DNA of 55,456 bases from the IMG/VR virus record IMGVR_UViG_3300011335_000256, positions 1-55,456 of that record; one strand, written 5' to 3'. Made by a program: the position numbers and the translations under genes. The notes below the pieces were generated by a model. The model did not search any database. It had not been told where the DNA came from and worked only from the letters and a program-made list of their open reading frames with translations. Each line of letters opens with the position of its first letter. The stretch's first letter is position 1. Source of the DNA: a virus. Taxonomy: Duplodnaviria; Caudoviricetes. This document shows positions 17,027 to 26,721 of the stretch, one piece after another.

Positions 17027-18202
17027 CTATCCCAACAGTCCAAGAAGACCACCAATTGCAGCGCCAGCAGGACCACCAATTGCAGTCATGCCTGGTAAAG
17101 CACCAAGCGTATAACCGTATCCAGCACCACCCAGTGCGCTGGACAATGCATTCCTGGTGGTCGGTGTTGTTTGGCTACCGCCAGCATTAGGCAAAGCAGT
17201 GGACATTGCCTGCTGAGTAATGCCCAGCTTCTCTAATCCAATACCGCGCAGTGCATCCAACTGCTGCTGGGTCATTTGTTGTTGCGCTGACCCTACGCCC
17301 ATGACAGCCTGTGCGCCACCAAGACCAAGGTTCTGCTGCTGCGCTCCGAGCGCGCCTAACTGTCCAGCCGCACCAAGACGCTGTGCATTGGCGGCAGCGT
17401 AAGCCTGTTGGTTAGCCAGGTCAGACTGCTGGGCCAACTGAGCGTTGAACTGAGCCATTGCATTCTGAGCTGCTGCGTTGCCGCCCATCGCAGCGTTGAT
17501 AGCACCAGCACCATACTGAGCCGCACCAGTACCTTGTGCTGCTGTTTGGAGGTTAGCCTGCTGCTGTCGTGCCAGGTCTTGCTGCATCAGGTTGGCGCTG
17601 GTGTCAAACCCTTGCTGGCGTAGCTGTGCGGACATCTGAGCCGCCTTGTCAGCGTATGCCCTGTTGGTAGCTGCTTCCGCAACTCCTTGGCGTGTGCCGC
17701 CGTAGGCTTTAGCCCTAGTCGCAGCCTCACCCATCTGTTGTACGGCTGCTTGCCGTGCAGCCTCAATGTCTCCCAGCACACCAGTAGATATCTTGGTGGC
17801 AGGGTTGTAGCCACCAATGACTGATTCTGTGTATGGGTTCATGTACTGCCCGATATTGCTCATGTTGCTCTGAGCAGCAGTGACATCAGTTGGTGTGTAG
17901 CCAACAGCACCAATCTGGTTGGACAGACCAGCGTTGACGCCGCCTGTGTAGTAAGGTTTGAACTGAGCCGCCTGGTTGGCGTACTCGGCTGCAAGGTTGG
18001 TGGTTCCAAGACCTTGACCCGCCAAGCCAGTGTTCACCATCTGCTGCTCACCAGCTCGGTAGATGGGGTTGAAGTCAGCAAACTCCCTGACGGGTAACGC
18101 CGAGGCTACGCCCTGCGCCTGCTGCAAGTTCTGCAGGTAGGCAGCTTTAATTGTGGGGTCAATTTGTGTGGTGACTGTCTGGCTCCCGCCGCTTTTGCTC
18201 AT
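17027..18202 (-). CDS. Internal virion/pilot-like protein (391 aa)
   Basis: MSKSGGSQTVTT start, YMNPY, AYGGTRQGV, Gln/Ala-rich, Gly-rich hydrophobic C-terminus. Confidence 0.7.
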   Translation of the reverse strand: MSKSGGSQTVTTQIDPTIKAAYLQNLQQAQGVASALPVREFADFNPIYRAGEQQMVNTGLAGQGLGTTNLAAEYANQAAQFKPYYTGGVNAGLSNQIGAVGYTPTDVTAAQSNMSNIGQYMNPYTESVIGGYNPATKISTGVLGDIEAARQAAVQQMGEAATRAKAYGGTRQGVAEAATNRAYADKAAQMSAQLRQQGFDTSANLMQQDLARQQQANLQTAAQGTGAAQYGAGAINAAMGGNAAAQNAMAQFNAQLAQQSDLANQQAYAAANAQRLGAAGQLGALGAQQQNLGLGGAQAVMGVGSAQQQMTQQQLDALRGIGLEKLGITQQAMSTALPNAGGSQTTPTTRNALSSALGGAGYGYTLGALPGMTAIGGPAGAAIGGLLGLLG

Positions 18203-18206
18203 GGTG

Positions 18207-20105
18207 TTACTCCAACAGAGATTTCAAACGCTTGGCTGGAATCTTGCCTGCGTTAATTTGTTCGAAAATGTTCGCGCCGTATTTTTGCACGGCCTTCTTG
18301 CGGATGACGTACTCGCCAATGTCCAAGCCAGTGTAGCCATCGTCTGGTCCTGGCGGGTTGCGTCCCTTAACTTGGCGAGGTGTAACCATGCCGCCTTTTG
18401 CCATGTAGCCGCTGCCGCTACCACCGTAGTTACCACCGTAGTTACCGCTTTCGGCACCAGCGGACCCCCCAATAGGATCGCTAGGATTTGGATCGCCTTG
18501 ATCTACAGTTCCATATCCTGGGCGTCCTTGGAATGCGGCTTCTGCTTCTGAAAGATTACTTGTATTAACGCCAGCCGCATCAGCAGCCTGTGCAGCAGCA
18601 GTCAGGTCAGCAACAGACAAGTTTCCACCAAGAATGTCAGCTTCAGTCAAACTACCAAGTAGATTTCCGACACCTGTTGCTAGCGTTTGACCCAAGCCGT
18701 CAAACCCAAGATTGGATAGGGCTGCTGACAAAGCTGCTTGGTTGTTAATCCCCGCCATACCAGTGCCAGTTGACATATCAGCACTACCCGGTTGCTCCAC
18801 AGTGGTTAACAGGCCACCTCCTGTTGTTGCCCTTGTCGTTGTCGCTGCCGGGTTGTAAACGGCTGGGTTGAAGCCACCAAGGTTGGTGTTGGCTGTTGTC
18901 AGTCCAGCTTGTGCTGCATACGCTGGTGACAGTGTGCGTTGAGGCGTCAGCGCCATCAAGGACTGGTACGGGTTAGCCGACTGAGATGCAGCGTTGATTT
19001 GCGCCAGCGTAGGCGCGTTCTGCTGCATAGTCGATGGCGTGTAAATGTTGCGGAAAGGCGTATTCGTAATGGCTGTGTTGGTTACCCGCGCTGGCGCAAG
19101 CTGGGTGCCTGTCACTTGCCTTGGTGTTGTTGGCCTGGTGATGGGCTGGACAGTACCAGTGGTGGTTGTACCTGTCGTAGTGCCAGCAGTAGTGCCTGTA
19201 CCTGTCGTAGTGCCAGCAGTAGTGCCTGTACCTGTCGTAGTGCCAGCGTTTCTGGCTGCATTGGCGTTGATTTCTTGCGTTGCCATCCCACGAAAAATGC
19301 CGAGTTCAGAGGCGTCAACTTCAGTGCCAAAACGGTCAGCAAAGTATTGAAGCCCCGATGCGTCAGGTTCACGCCCCAAGACTGACAGGTACATCTGCCG
19401 AATAGCATCATTCGTTGTTGGCGCAGCAGCTCGTTCAGGTTGAGCCGCCACACTGAAGGTGGATAGCTCAGTAGGGTCAACGTCAGACCCAAACTGAGAT
19501 GTCCAGTAAGCAATTTCAGAGGCAGATGGCGCTCGTCCCAAGACCCGTTGGTAGGCGTCTGCAATGGACATCCCAGTAGCAGCAGTTGTAGTGGCTCCAG
19601 TTCCAGCAGCAGTTGTAGTGGCTCCAGTTCCAGCAGCTGCTGTATTGGCACGATTAGCAAAGTAAGCATCATCTAGAACGGTTGCCCCTCTACCTAGTGG
19701 TAGATTGCCATAATCAGTTGCAATAGTGTTAGCTGCTGCTGCCGCCTGTTGTGCGGCTAATTGTTGTGCGGCATTCCTAGCGGCATTGGCAGCAACTTCT
19801 TCAGCCGCCATGCTCTGGAAAATACCCAACTCAGTGGGGTCAATAGACGTACCGAAACGCTCCGCAAAGTATTGCAAGCCAGAGGCGTCAGGCGCTCTGC
19901 CCAGAACTTGCTGGTACATATCCCGCACGGCTGTATTCGTTGGCGCTGCCGCTGCGAGTTCAGGTTGAGCCGCTACGCTGAAGGTTGACAGTTCAACAGG
20001 GTCCACGCTGTTACCAAACGTAGACTGCCAATAGGCAACTTCATCTGCACTTGGTGTGCGGCCTAAGACTCGCTCGTAGGCGCTCTGGATTGACATATCA
20101 GCCAT
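18207..20105 (-). CDS. Virion-associated protein with four DUF4214-like repeats
   Basis: Y..VLGR.P…YW/YF units x4; Thr/Gly linkers; C-terminal GPDDG…GEYVIRKKAV motif. Confidence 0.65.
   Translation of the reverse strand: MADMSIQSAYERVLGRTPSADEVAYWQSTFGNSVDPVELSTFSVAAQPELAAAAPTNTAVRDMYQQVLGRAPDASGLQYFAERFGTSIDPTELGIFQSMAAEEVAANAARNAAQQLAAQQAAAAANTIATDYGNLPLGRGATVLDDAYFANRANTAAAGTGATTTAAGTGATTTAATGMSIADAYQRVLGRAPSASEIAYWTSQFGSDVDPTELSTFSVAAQPERAAAPTTNDAIRQMYLSVLGREPDASGLQYFADRFGTEVDASELGIFRGMATQEINANAARNAGTTTGTGTTAGTTTGTGTTAGTTTGTTTTGTVQPITRPTTPRQVTGTQLAPARVTNTAITNTPFRNIYTPSTMQQNAPTLAQINAASQSANPYQSLMALTPQRTLSPAYAAQAGLTTANTNLGGFNPAVYNPAATTTRATTGGGLLTTVEQPGSADMSTGTGMAGINNQAALSAALSNLGFDGLGQTLATGVGNLLGSLTEADILGGNLSVADLTAAAQAADAAGVNTSNLSEAEAAFQGRPGYGTVDQGDPNPSDPIGGSAGAESGNYGGNYGGSGSGYMAKGGMVTPRQVKGRNPPGPDDGYTGLDIGEYVIRKKAVQKYGANIFEQINAGKIPAKRLKSLLE
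19168..19248. repeat. 30-bp tandem repeat (~2.7 copies) encoding AGTTTGTGTT
   Basis: GTACCTGTCGTAGTGCCAGCAGTAGTGCCT repeated. Confidence 0.9.
19580..19637. repeat. 27-bp tandem repeat (2 copies) encoding AAGTGATTT
   Basis: AGCAGCAGTTGTAGTGGCTCCAGTTCC repeated. Confidence 0.85.
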
Positions 20106-20106
20106 G

Positions 20107-20466
20107 CTATAACTCCTTGCTCATAATCCACCACTGTGGTGTGTAACCTGTCTTCGCCAGAAAAGTCTTCTGCCATCCCTTACGTCCAGCTAAAGTGACG
20201 CGAGTGCATCCAAGGCTCTTACCCCAAGCCTCGATCATTGGTGACATCAGTTCTAGTTCTTCCATCACGCCTGCTGCTAGAAAATAGTTTAGGCATTTTT
20301 GCTGTGGGTGGAGAACAATCTCCGTAACCACCACCGAATTCCGTCCAGGCCAGAATTGCATCTTGGCTTGCTGGACCAGCTCAACGACATCCTCAAATGT
20401 GTGAGTGTTCAACGAATATTTTAAGGCTTTTTCAATCTCTGGCCTCAATCTCTCAATATCTGTCAT
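20107..20466 (-). CDS. GNAT-like virion assembly protein
   Basis: WGKSLGCTRVTLAGRKGW pattern; position after the tail nozzle gene. Confidence 0.55.
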   Translation of the reverse strand: MTDIERLRPEIEKALKYSLNTHTFEDVVELVQQAKMQFWPGRNSVVVTEIVLHPQQKCLNYFLAAGVMEELELMSPMIEAWGKSLGCTRVTLAGRKGWQKTFLAKTGYTPQWWIMSKEL

Positions 20467-20675
20467 AGTGCCGTTGCCGATAACGCTCCTGCATTACTCA
20501 CCACCACACTGTATCTAGTCCCATTTGGTGATGTCAATATCAGCTTACTGCTGCTAATCTCAACGTCAGCGTTAGTCTTCCTGTTCAATCGGTCAGCGTT
20601 CTCCAGCAAGAAGTTACGCTGCGCCTCCATCACTGGCGTATAGACTTGAGGTGGGTGCGGTACGTTGAGAGACAT
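20463..20675 (-). CDS. Small tail-associated hypothetical protein
   Basis: MSLNVPHPP…LILTSPNGTRYSVVVSNAGALSAT. Confidence 0.65.
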   Translation of the reverse strand: MSLNVPHPPQVYTPVMEAQRNFLLENADRLNRKTNADVEISSSKLILTSPNGTRYSVVVSNAGALSATAL

Positions 20676-22153
20676 CAGCGTTTCCCGGCTGGCACCGCAT
20701 CTAGTCGCATCACCCCAACCCGCCAATCACTCAAAGTATCGGCTGTTACCTTCATCTTGACCTGGCGTCCACTGAACCGTGCGTCGGTTGGGTTGGCGCT
20801 GGTGAATGGACCGTAGGTTGTCTCTGTGTCGGTTGGATAGAAACGGCTGCTGAAGCTGATGTTGACATCCCCAAGGTTGGACTCGTCAGGTATCACCTTG
20901 CGAACCTGCATGATCTGCTCACCATTGCCAATCTCCACCGGACCTGACTCAGCGTAAATTGTCTGTGAGTCGTAGGCAAAGCCCACCTCATGCTCGTAGA
21001 TGTAACCGTCAGCACTGACCATGAGAGGGTTGTTGAAGACGCCCTTGTCAACCCCAGCCAGACGTGCCAAGGTGCCTATTGACCAGTGGTTTTCACGGTA
21101 GTTGTAGATGACGTAGGAGTCATTCTCGATGCTGGCGCTGCTGGTGTAGAACCACCATATCTCACCGAACTTGGAGTTATGCACAGCGTAGACCTTGCTG
21201 GCCTGCTCCAAGTTGATATTGCTGAACACATAGTCGCCAACGTCAGACGGCAGTGGCTTGACGTAACCGTCGTAAATCCAGAAGCCTGACCTACTCATCC
21301 AGATGGCTGCTGTATCAATAGCCGCTACAGCCTGGGGTCCAATCAAGCCGCAACCAGAGCCAGCCTTCTCAAAGCTGAACACGAACGGCTGACCAATGTA
21401 GCTGCTGGTGTGGACATCAACGTCAGTGAATATCAAATTGACGCCTCGCACCCGCTTACCCGCTAAGATGGAGCCGACGGTTGTCAGCTCAAAGCTGCCT
21501 GCTTGGTTATTGGCGGCTGGTGACCAGGTGGTGTTGTCCTCCTGGTCACACCAAGCCACAAGCCGAGGATTACCGCTGGCACCCAACGCAAACATGAAAC
21601 GCTCAGAGGTGGTCATCACCGCCGCGCAACTGGTGGGTGCATTGACAATTGCCACTGCCTTGGTTGGCGTTGTGAATCCTAGCTGCCACTCAAGCAATTG
21701 ACCATCGCTGTTGCAGCATCCGACCCAATACTCACCCCAAGTGTCCATTGACCAGGTGGCTGCGTTGATGATAGCGCCAGTGTCCGGCCTCGCCACACCA
21801 TATGCAAATGCACCATAGTTACCGTAGCCATAGCCAACAAGCAAAGACGCATCTGCAGCACCTGGTGTGAATATCGTTGGTGTGATGTCCTTCAGGGTAC
21901 CCGCTTGGTTCATGACATACAGCTTGGTGTTGGTGCCAGCAACAATCCACCGGGTTGAGCTGTTGTCACGCCAATTGATAATGCCACGGCAGGTGCCTGA
22001 CATCTGTCCATTAGCCCTCTTGCGCCAGCCGCCAACTGGCCTGAGTGTGTTCTCAAACCACCGAACCAAGTTAGCGCCGAACCACCGACCCATTGATTGG
22101 TATTCAGTGCCGTTACGGTAAACGCCTGCTGGTATCTTGAGTGGCATCAGCAT
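20675..22153 (-). CDS. Tail nozzle / packaged-DNA stabilisation protein (P22 gp10-like)
   Basis: 492 aa, beta-propeller-like Trp/Gly-rich sequence, WCDQED, EIWWFY; syntenic position. Confidence 0.7.
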   Translation of the reverse strand: MLMPLKIPAGVYRNGTEYQSMGRWFGANLVRWFENTLRPVGGWRKRANGQMSGTCRGIINWRDNSSTRWIVAGTNTKLYVMNQAGTLKDITPTIFTPGAADASLLVGYGYGNYGAFAYGVARPDTGAIINAATWSMDTWGEYWVGCCNSDGQLLEWQLGFTTPTKAVAIVNAPTSCAAVMTTSERFMFALGASGNPRLVAWCDQEDNTTWSPAANNQAGSFELTTVGSILAGKRVRGVNLIFTDVDVHTSSYIGQPFVFSFEKAGSGCGLIGPQAVAAIDTAAIWMSRSGFWIYDGYVKPLPSDVGDYVFSNINLEQASKVYAVHNSKFGEIWWFYTSSASIENDSYVIYNYRENHWSIGTLARLAGVDKGVFNNPLMVSADGYIYEHEVGFAYDSQTIYAESGPVEIGNGEQIMQVRKVIPDESNLGDVNISFSSRFYPTDTETTYGPFTSANPTDARFSGRQVKMKVTADTLSDWRVGVMRLDAVPAGKR

Positions 22154-22162
22154 ATTGATCTT

Positions 22163-22573
22163 TCAGACAAACTGTCTAGTACCTTGCTTGTCGATAATTA
22201 GAGCCTGACCCCTTGGCTTTTCAGCAATGCTGATGTGAGTCCAAGAATCGTATTCACGAATGATTTGGTCAAAGGGAAGTTTAGCCGAAATCAGCACCCT
22301 CACCACAGCGTCTGGCGTCATCCCAGGCACCCTAAAGTCACAGGCCAAGCCTTGCCTATGCTGCGAGGTGTCCTTGCTGCCTACGGCATCATTAACTGCC
22401 TTGCTGCGGAAGGCTGAGTTGATCATCACTGGCTTGCCGCCAAGTGCTGTCTTCATTGTCTCCAAGAACTCAGCCAGCCGCTGAAGGTTTGCCAGCTCCT
22501 GTGCGTTAGGCGTGTTGTCCAGGCTGCGATGGTCAGTGCAGGTCAACTCAGCGAGTGTGAAGTGAGGTGTCAT
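22163..22573 (-). CDS. Endolysin, peptidase M15A family
   Basis: HFTLAEL, INSAFRS…VN…VG…SQHRQGLACDF, WTHIS. Confidence 0.88.
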   Translation of the reverse strand: MTPHFTLAELTCTDHRSLDNTPNAQELANLQRLAEFLETMKTALGGKPVMINSAFRSKAVNDAVGSKDTSQHRQGLACDFRVPGMTPDAVVRVLISAKLPFDQIIREYDSWTHISIAEKPRGQALIIDKQGTRQFV

Positions 22574-22857
22574 TTGTTCCTCGCTGATATTGCCTTGGCC
22601 TTGGCCTTGGCGTCTGCCTTGGAGCTGGCTCCCCAGGCATTGAGACTCAGCAGCAGCCGGGTGGGTTTACCGTCCTTGTACTCTGGTCCATCGTTGCCGC
22701 CCATCCGTGCGAGGAAACTGGCTCGTCTAGGATTGTCACCAGACTTGACGGGTGGCTTGATGTTTTGCCCAGCCGCCTTGAGGCTTGCCCGTCCAGCAGC
22801 ATTCAACCCACCCTTGGGGTTTTGTCCTTCCTTACGCTGCCAAGCTGGAGTCTTCAT
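22570..22857 (-). CDS. Basic phage protein (DUF6321-like)
   Basis: AWQRKEGQNPKGGLNAAGRAS…RRASFLARM. Confidence 0.7.
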   Translation of the reverse strand: MKTPAWQRKEGQNPKGGLNAAGRASLKAAGQNIKPPVKSGDNPRRASFLARMGGNDGPEYKDGKPTRLLLSLNAWGASSKADAKAKAKAISARNK

Positions 22858-23000
22858 TTCTTCTTGGCTGTCTTGGCTGCTTGCTTGAAGTCCTTGGCGC
22901 TAGGCGCTGCCTTGCTGCCGACCTTGTTCATCTTTTCCTTGGAGCCAGCCTTGATGCGTTCCTGCTTGGCGTGGATGTTTGCGTAGAGTCCTGGTTTCAT
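22854..23000 (-). CDS. Small Lys-rich phage protein (MKPGLYANIHAK)
   Basis: GAGG RBS, 48 aa, recognisable aquatic-phage family. Confidence 0.7.
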   Translation of the reverse strand: MKPGLYANIHAKQERIKAGSKEKMNKVGSKAAPSAKDFKQAAKTAKKK

Positions 23001-23002
23001 AG

Positions 23003-23488
23003 TCACCTCTTTGAAAGTAAATCTGTCTTGGCTTGGCTTCCAGCAGAACTGCCGAAATAATAAGCAATGATGCCAGTCCAAGCTGTGCCTAGACTGCCCA
23101 GCATCATCAGGATGGCGGGGTTGTTGGAGTCAATCTGGTTGAAGAACATCATTACCATGATGCTGAAGAATCCCAAGGTCACGGCACCAGCCAGTATTGG
23201 CGGCATCATGGATCTGGTGGCTGACTGCATATCCCTTGCGGATTTCCTGTCCTCCACCTCCAGCTTCTCAAAGTTGAGGCCAAGCTCCTGCGCTTGCTTT
23301 TGCAGTTCAATCTCAGCAATCTTCACCATTGCAATCTGGTCTGCCGTCAGCTTGTTGCTGCTGATCATGTCGCCAACCTTCTCGGGGTCAACGCCAATGG
23401 CCTTGGAGATGGCGCTTACCGCCATGCCTGCCAATGGTCCACCAAGTGCAGTGGCAATTGTTGGTGCAATCTGTTTAAGCCAATCCAT
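23003..23488 (-). CDS. Holin-like membrane protein
   Basis: APTIATALGGPLAG, DRKSAR, two C-terminal TM segments, YYFGSS. Confidence 0.7.
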   Translation of the reverse strand: MDWLKQIAPTIATALGGPLAGMAVSAISKAIGVDPEKVGDMISSNKLTADQIAMVKIAEIELQKQAQELGLNFEKLEVEDRKSARDMQSATRSMMPPILAGAVTLGFFSIMVMMFFNQIDSNNPAILMMLGSLGTAWTGIIAYYFGSSAGSQAKTDLLSKR

Positions 23489-23790
23489 TACTTCTTCTCC
23501 AACTTGGTGTTGATCACGGCAATCTCTTGTCTGTTGTGCATGATGTCATCTCGGTTCTTTTGGATTTCTTTTTCCAAATCTTGTCTCAGCTTTTCCCTTG
23601 CCAGTTCAGCGCCACTGTTGCTGGCTTGCTTGTTGTCACTGGTTACCACCAGACTGATCTTGCTGTTGAGGATAGTCACCTCATGGCTGAGATTTGACAG
23701 AGCCGACATCAGATACACAACGCAGCTAAACAGCAGTGGCAGTATTGCAAATGTGGCCTTTTCAATCAATGCGCCTTTATCGTCCGTCAT
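23488..23790 (-). CDS. Membrane-anchored coiled-coil protein (lysis module)
   Basis: MTDDKG start; one TM segment followed by a coiled coil. Confidence 0.6.
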   Translation of the reverse strand: MTDDKGALIEKATFAILPLLFSCVVYLMSALSNLSHEVTILNSKISLVVTSDNKQASNSGAELAREKLRQDLEKEIQKNRDDIMHNRQEIAVINTKLEKK

Positions 23791-24260
23791 GTGTCCCCCA
23801 CAAGTTGCCAGGTGAACCAGGCAGTTAAACCAATCACTACAGCCACCAATGCAGCCCACAGACCAAAGGTCAGGATGTCGTTAATCTCTTTAGCCCTAAG
23901 TGCCTTGGCCTGAGCCTTCTCTGCTTCTGCCTTCTTGCGTTCAGCCACCATGCGGTTACGCTCCAGCATCAGTGCGTTCCACACATCGTCATTGCCTGAC
24001 CATATCAGCATCTGCTTCAGCTCGTTCTCTGCGTCTTGGAGCTGCTTGAGCTGCATCACCGTCTCAAACGCCACTGCCGTATCGCTCTTGCCAAAGCCCT
24101 TTGGCTTCTTCACTGACTCCTTGGCGATGACGTCCTTCGCCTCGAAGAACTTCATTAAGTCGCCACTGATGCAATTGATGTCCTTGCCCATCTTGATGGC
24201 GGCCTGCACTCCTTTTATGGCTCCTTGAGCTACAGCAAATGCGGTTAGCGGATCAATCAT
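23787..24260 (-). CDS. Hypothetical protein with C-terminal TM
   Basis: MIDPLTAFAVA…; coiled coil then TM. Confidence 0.7.
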   Translation of the reverse strand: MIDPLTAFAVAQGAIKGVQAAIKMGKDINCISGDLMKFFEAKDVIAKESVKKPKGFGKSDTAVAFETVMQLKQLQDAENELKQMLIWSGNDDVWNALMLERNRMVAERKKAEAEKAQAKALRAKEINDILTFGLWAALVAVVIGLTAWFTWQLVGDT

Positions 24261-24409
24261 TTATCCCGCCTATTCCACATTTCAAATAAAGCCTTGATCT
24301 TCTCTTCCAGTACCGCCACCCGCAAATCCAACTTTGCCAAGACGATAATCAGCGTGATCAGCGCCAGCAGGATGGGCCATGCTTTTGCGAGGACGTCGAA
24401 GAAGTCCAC
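24257..24409 (-). CDS. Small membrane protein (50 aa)
   Basis: GTG start, MDFFDVLAKAWPILLALITLIIVLAKLDLRVAVLEEK; ATGA overlap with the next gene. Confidence 0.6.
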   Translation of the reverse strand: MDFFDVLAKAWPILLALITLIIVLAKLDLRVAVLEEKIKALFEMWNRRDK

Positions 24410-24410
24410 T

Positions 24411-24581
24411 TCATCTGCCCAGCGTCAGAGATGCGTAAACGATGGCGGACATGGAGACGATCAAGACGCCAGTGGTCTTCATAATCACACCCTCCAGCCG
24501 CTTGAGCCTGGCATTGATCTGTGCATACCGTTCTGCACAAACGGCCTCGTGGCTCGTCAATCGGATGTCTAGCTCGCTCAT
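24411..24581 (-). CDS. Small coiled-coil/TM protein (56 aa)
   Basis: MSELDIRLTSHEAVCAERYAQINARLKRLE + TM; common after tail fibre genes. Confidence 0.65.
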   Translation of the reverse strand: MSELDIRLTSHEAVCAERYAQINARLKRLEGVIMKTTGVLIVSMSAIVYASLTLGR

Positions 24582-24856
24582 GGTGCGTCAGGCCAAGTGA
24601 TAGTCCAAGGGAATCCAGCCTGTGCTGGTACATCACGCAGTGCTTGGCGGTAAATGGCCCATGCAGTCTTGTCAACGGTAGCATCAGTGATCTGAGTCCA
24701 ATCCGTTACAGCTAACTTGGCGTTTCGCTCTGCCCTAATTTCTGCGCCCTTGCGGGAGTCTGCGCCAGCATCCCATGCTGCTTCTTTTGCATCCCATTCC
24801 GCTTCTTCTTCTAATGTGAACGGGATATTGCCTTCTGATGTTGTGTGAAATCTCAT
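24578..24856 (-). CDS. Tail fibre assembly chaperone
   Basis: IRAERNAKL..TDWTQ…WAIYRQALRDVP…FP..I.WP. Confidence 0.85.
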   Translation of the reverse strand: MRFHTTSEGNIPFTLEEEAEWDAKEAAWDAGADSRKGAEIRAERNAKLAVTDWTQITDATVDKTAWAIYRQALRDVPAQAGFPWTITWPDAP

Positions 24857-24864
24857 TTTGAGTC

Positions 24865-26718
24865 CTATGAATTGGCAATGCCGTAGAGACGGAACTTACC
24901 TGCGCTAATATTACCGCTTGAGGCAAAAAACCTGATTCCAGTAAGTGCCCCAGTGTTGTCATTTATACCCACACCAGATCGTGTCTGCACTTGTGTAGCT
25001 CCAGTATCTAACCTCGTAGAAGTAGCTTGATAAAATAGCTGTTTCTTAAATGCAGTGCTTGATGGGTTAAATATCCAAATCACAACATCACAACTACTAG
25101 GCGCATCATTCCCCCAAACAACATTCACTAATGTAATTTCTGTAGCAAGGGTAGCTTCTTGGTTTCCAGCTAAAGAATTGAATCCACCAGTTGATATGTA
25201 GGAACTTGTTGTTATATATGACCCGCCAATTTTCATTCTCGCAAACAAACTCCTACTATCTGTAGCTGGTGTTGCACCAGAAATCACCAGCATATAAGCA
25301 TCGTAGGTGCTGCTGAATGTAGTCTCCACGTCCACAGTTGCTGATGCGCTTGCAGTGACAGTGGAGAGCAAAGTTAAAGCACCTGCACTTGGCGTTGTCC
25401 ACGATGGCAAGCCAGACCCAGCACTCGTAAGCACCTGCCCGTTACTGCCAGCCGCACCCGCAAGCGTTAGTGCCGTTGTCAAGTTAGCTGATGCAATAGT
25501 GGGTGCTGTTAGCGTCTTGTTGGTCAGTGTCTCTGTGCCTGTAAGTGTGGCAATACCAGCCGCTGCCAACGTGGTTTGACCTGTACCGCCATTGGCAACA
25601 GGCAATGTGCCAGTGACGCCTGTGGTTAGCGGCAAACCCGTCAGGTTGGTTGCAACTCCGCTGGTTGGAGTGCCAAGCAAAGGCGTGACTAAGGTGGGTG
25701 AAGTTGCCCTCACTGTTGCGCCTGTTCCTGTGCTGGTGGTGACTCCCGTACCGCCGTTGGCAACTGCCAGTGTCCCTGCCAATGTGACTGTCCCAGAGGA
25801 TGTGATGGGACCACCCGAGGTAGTCAAACCTGTGGTGCCACCAGAGACATCCACGCTGGTGACTGAGCCAGCGCCTGGCCCGGTGAATGCCACGGTGATG
25901 GCACCGCTGCCGTTGGTGATGGTCACACCAGAGCCAGCAGTGAGTGTGGCCTTAGTAAGTGTGTTGCCTGTGCTATTGCCAATCAGCAGCTGACCATCGG
26001 TAAAGCTGGTCTGGCCTGTGCCACCGTTGCCGATACCCAATGTGCCTGTGATGTCGGCAGTTGAGACTGTGACTGCATCCCAGTTTGCGTTGGTGCCATC
26101 GGACTGCAAATACTTGTTGGCGGCAGATGTCTGTGACGGCAGCAGGTTGTTCAGTGCTGCGGCTGCTGTTGACGCGCCTGTGCCACCGTCAGCCACTGCC
26201 AAGTCAGTGATACCTGTGATGCTGCCGCCAGTGATGGTTGCAGAACTTGATGTGATTGGGCCTGTCACACCAGCGGGTGCGCCTACTGCCCCTGTCAGGG
26301 TGGAGATGCCAGTTACCGACAGTGTGGTGCTGGCGGTGATAGCCTTTGCCGCCAAGGTGGTGTTGTTAACAGTGGCAGTGCCAGTGGCAGCACCAATGTT
26401 CACGGCAGTAGCTGCGCCAGCCAGGTTGACTGTGGTTGCCGTAGTGTTGACCAAGGCAAAGGTGGTGGATGGCGTTGTAAGGCTGGTGGTGACTGCTGGT
26501 GATGTCAGGTTGGTGGTTCCTGTGGCAGTCAGCGTACCGGCAACTGCCAACGTCTTGCCAGCGCCAACATTCAGGCCAACTGATGTGCCTGTGCCAGCCG
26601 CTGCGAACAGTGCATCAACCAAGTCTAGGTCCGCATTTACCTTAGTACCCCATGTGTCGGTGCTGGCACCTACTTCTGGCTTGGTCAGTAAGAGGTTTGT
26701 GGTGGTGGTATCTGCCAT
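24865..26718 (-). CDS. Tail fibre protein
   Basis: [24 protein letters not shown]-terminus; repeated L.VA.GGTG motifs; Thr/Gly-rich; AT-richer distal domain. Confidence 0.85.
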   Translation of the reverse strand: MADTTTTNLLLTKPEVGASTDTWGTKVNADLDLVDALFAAAGTGTSVGLNVGAGKTLAVAGTLTATGTTNLTSPAVTTSLTTPSTTFALVNTTATTVNLAGAATAVNIGAATGTATVNNTTLAAKAITASTTLSVTGISTLTGAVGAPAGVTGPITSSSATITGGSITGITDLAVADGGTGASTAAAALNNLLPSQTSAANKYLQSDGTNANWDAVTVSTADITGTLGIGNGGTGQTSFTDGQLLIGNSTGNTLTKATLTAGSGVTITNGSGAITVAFTGPGAGSVTSVDVSGGTTGLTTSGGPITSSGTVTLAGTLAVANGGTGVTTSTGTGATVRATSPTLVTPLLGTPTSGVATNLTGLPLTTGVTGTLPVANGGTGQTTLAAAGIATLTGTETLTNKTLTAPTIASANLTTALTLAGAAGSNGQVLTSAGSGLPSWTTPSAGALTLLSTVTASASATVDVETTFSSTYDAYMLVISGATPATDSRSLFARMKIGGSYITTSSYISTGGFNSLAGNQEATLATEITLVNVVWGNDAPSSCDVVIWIFNPSSTAFKKQLFYQATSTRLDTGATQVQTRSGVGINDNTGALTGIRFFASSGNISAGKFRLYGIANS

Positions 26719-26721
26719 GAT

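Larger units (their letters stand above)
11440..21015. repeat. Copy 1 of a 9.6-kb direct repeat (offset 34,441 bp)
   Basis: All ORFs recur with identical translation at +34,441; last mismatches at 11438-11439 vs 45879-45880. Confidence 0.97.
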
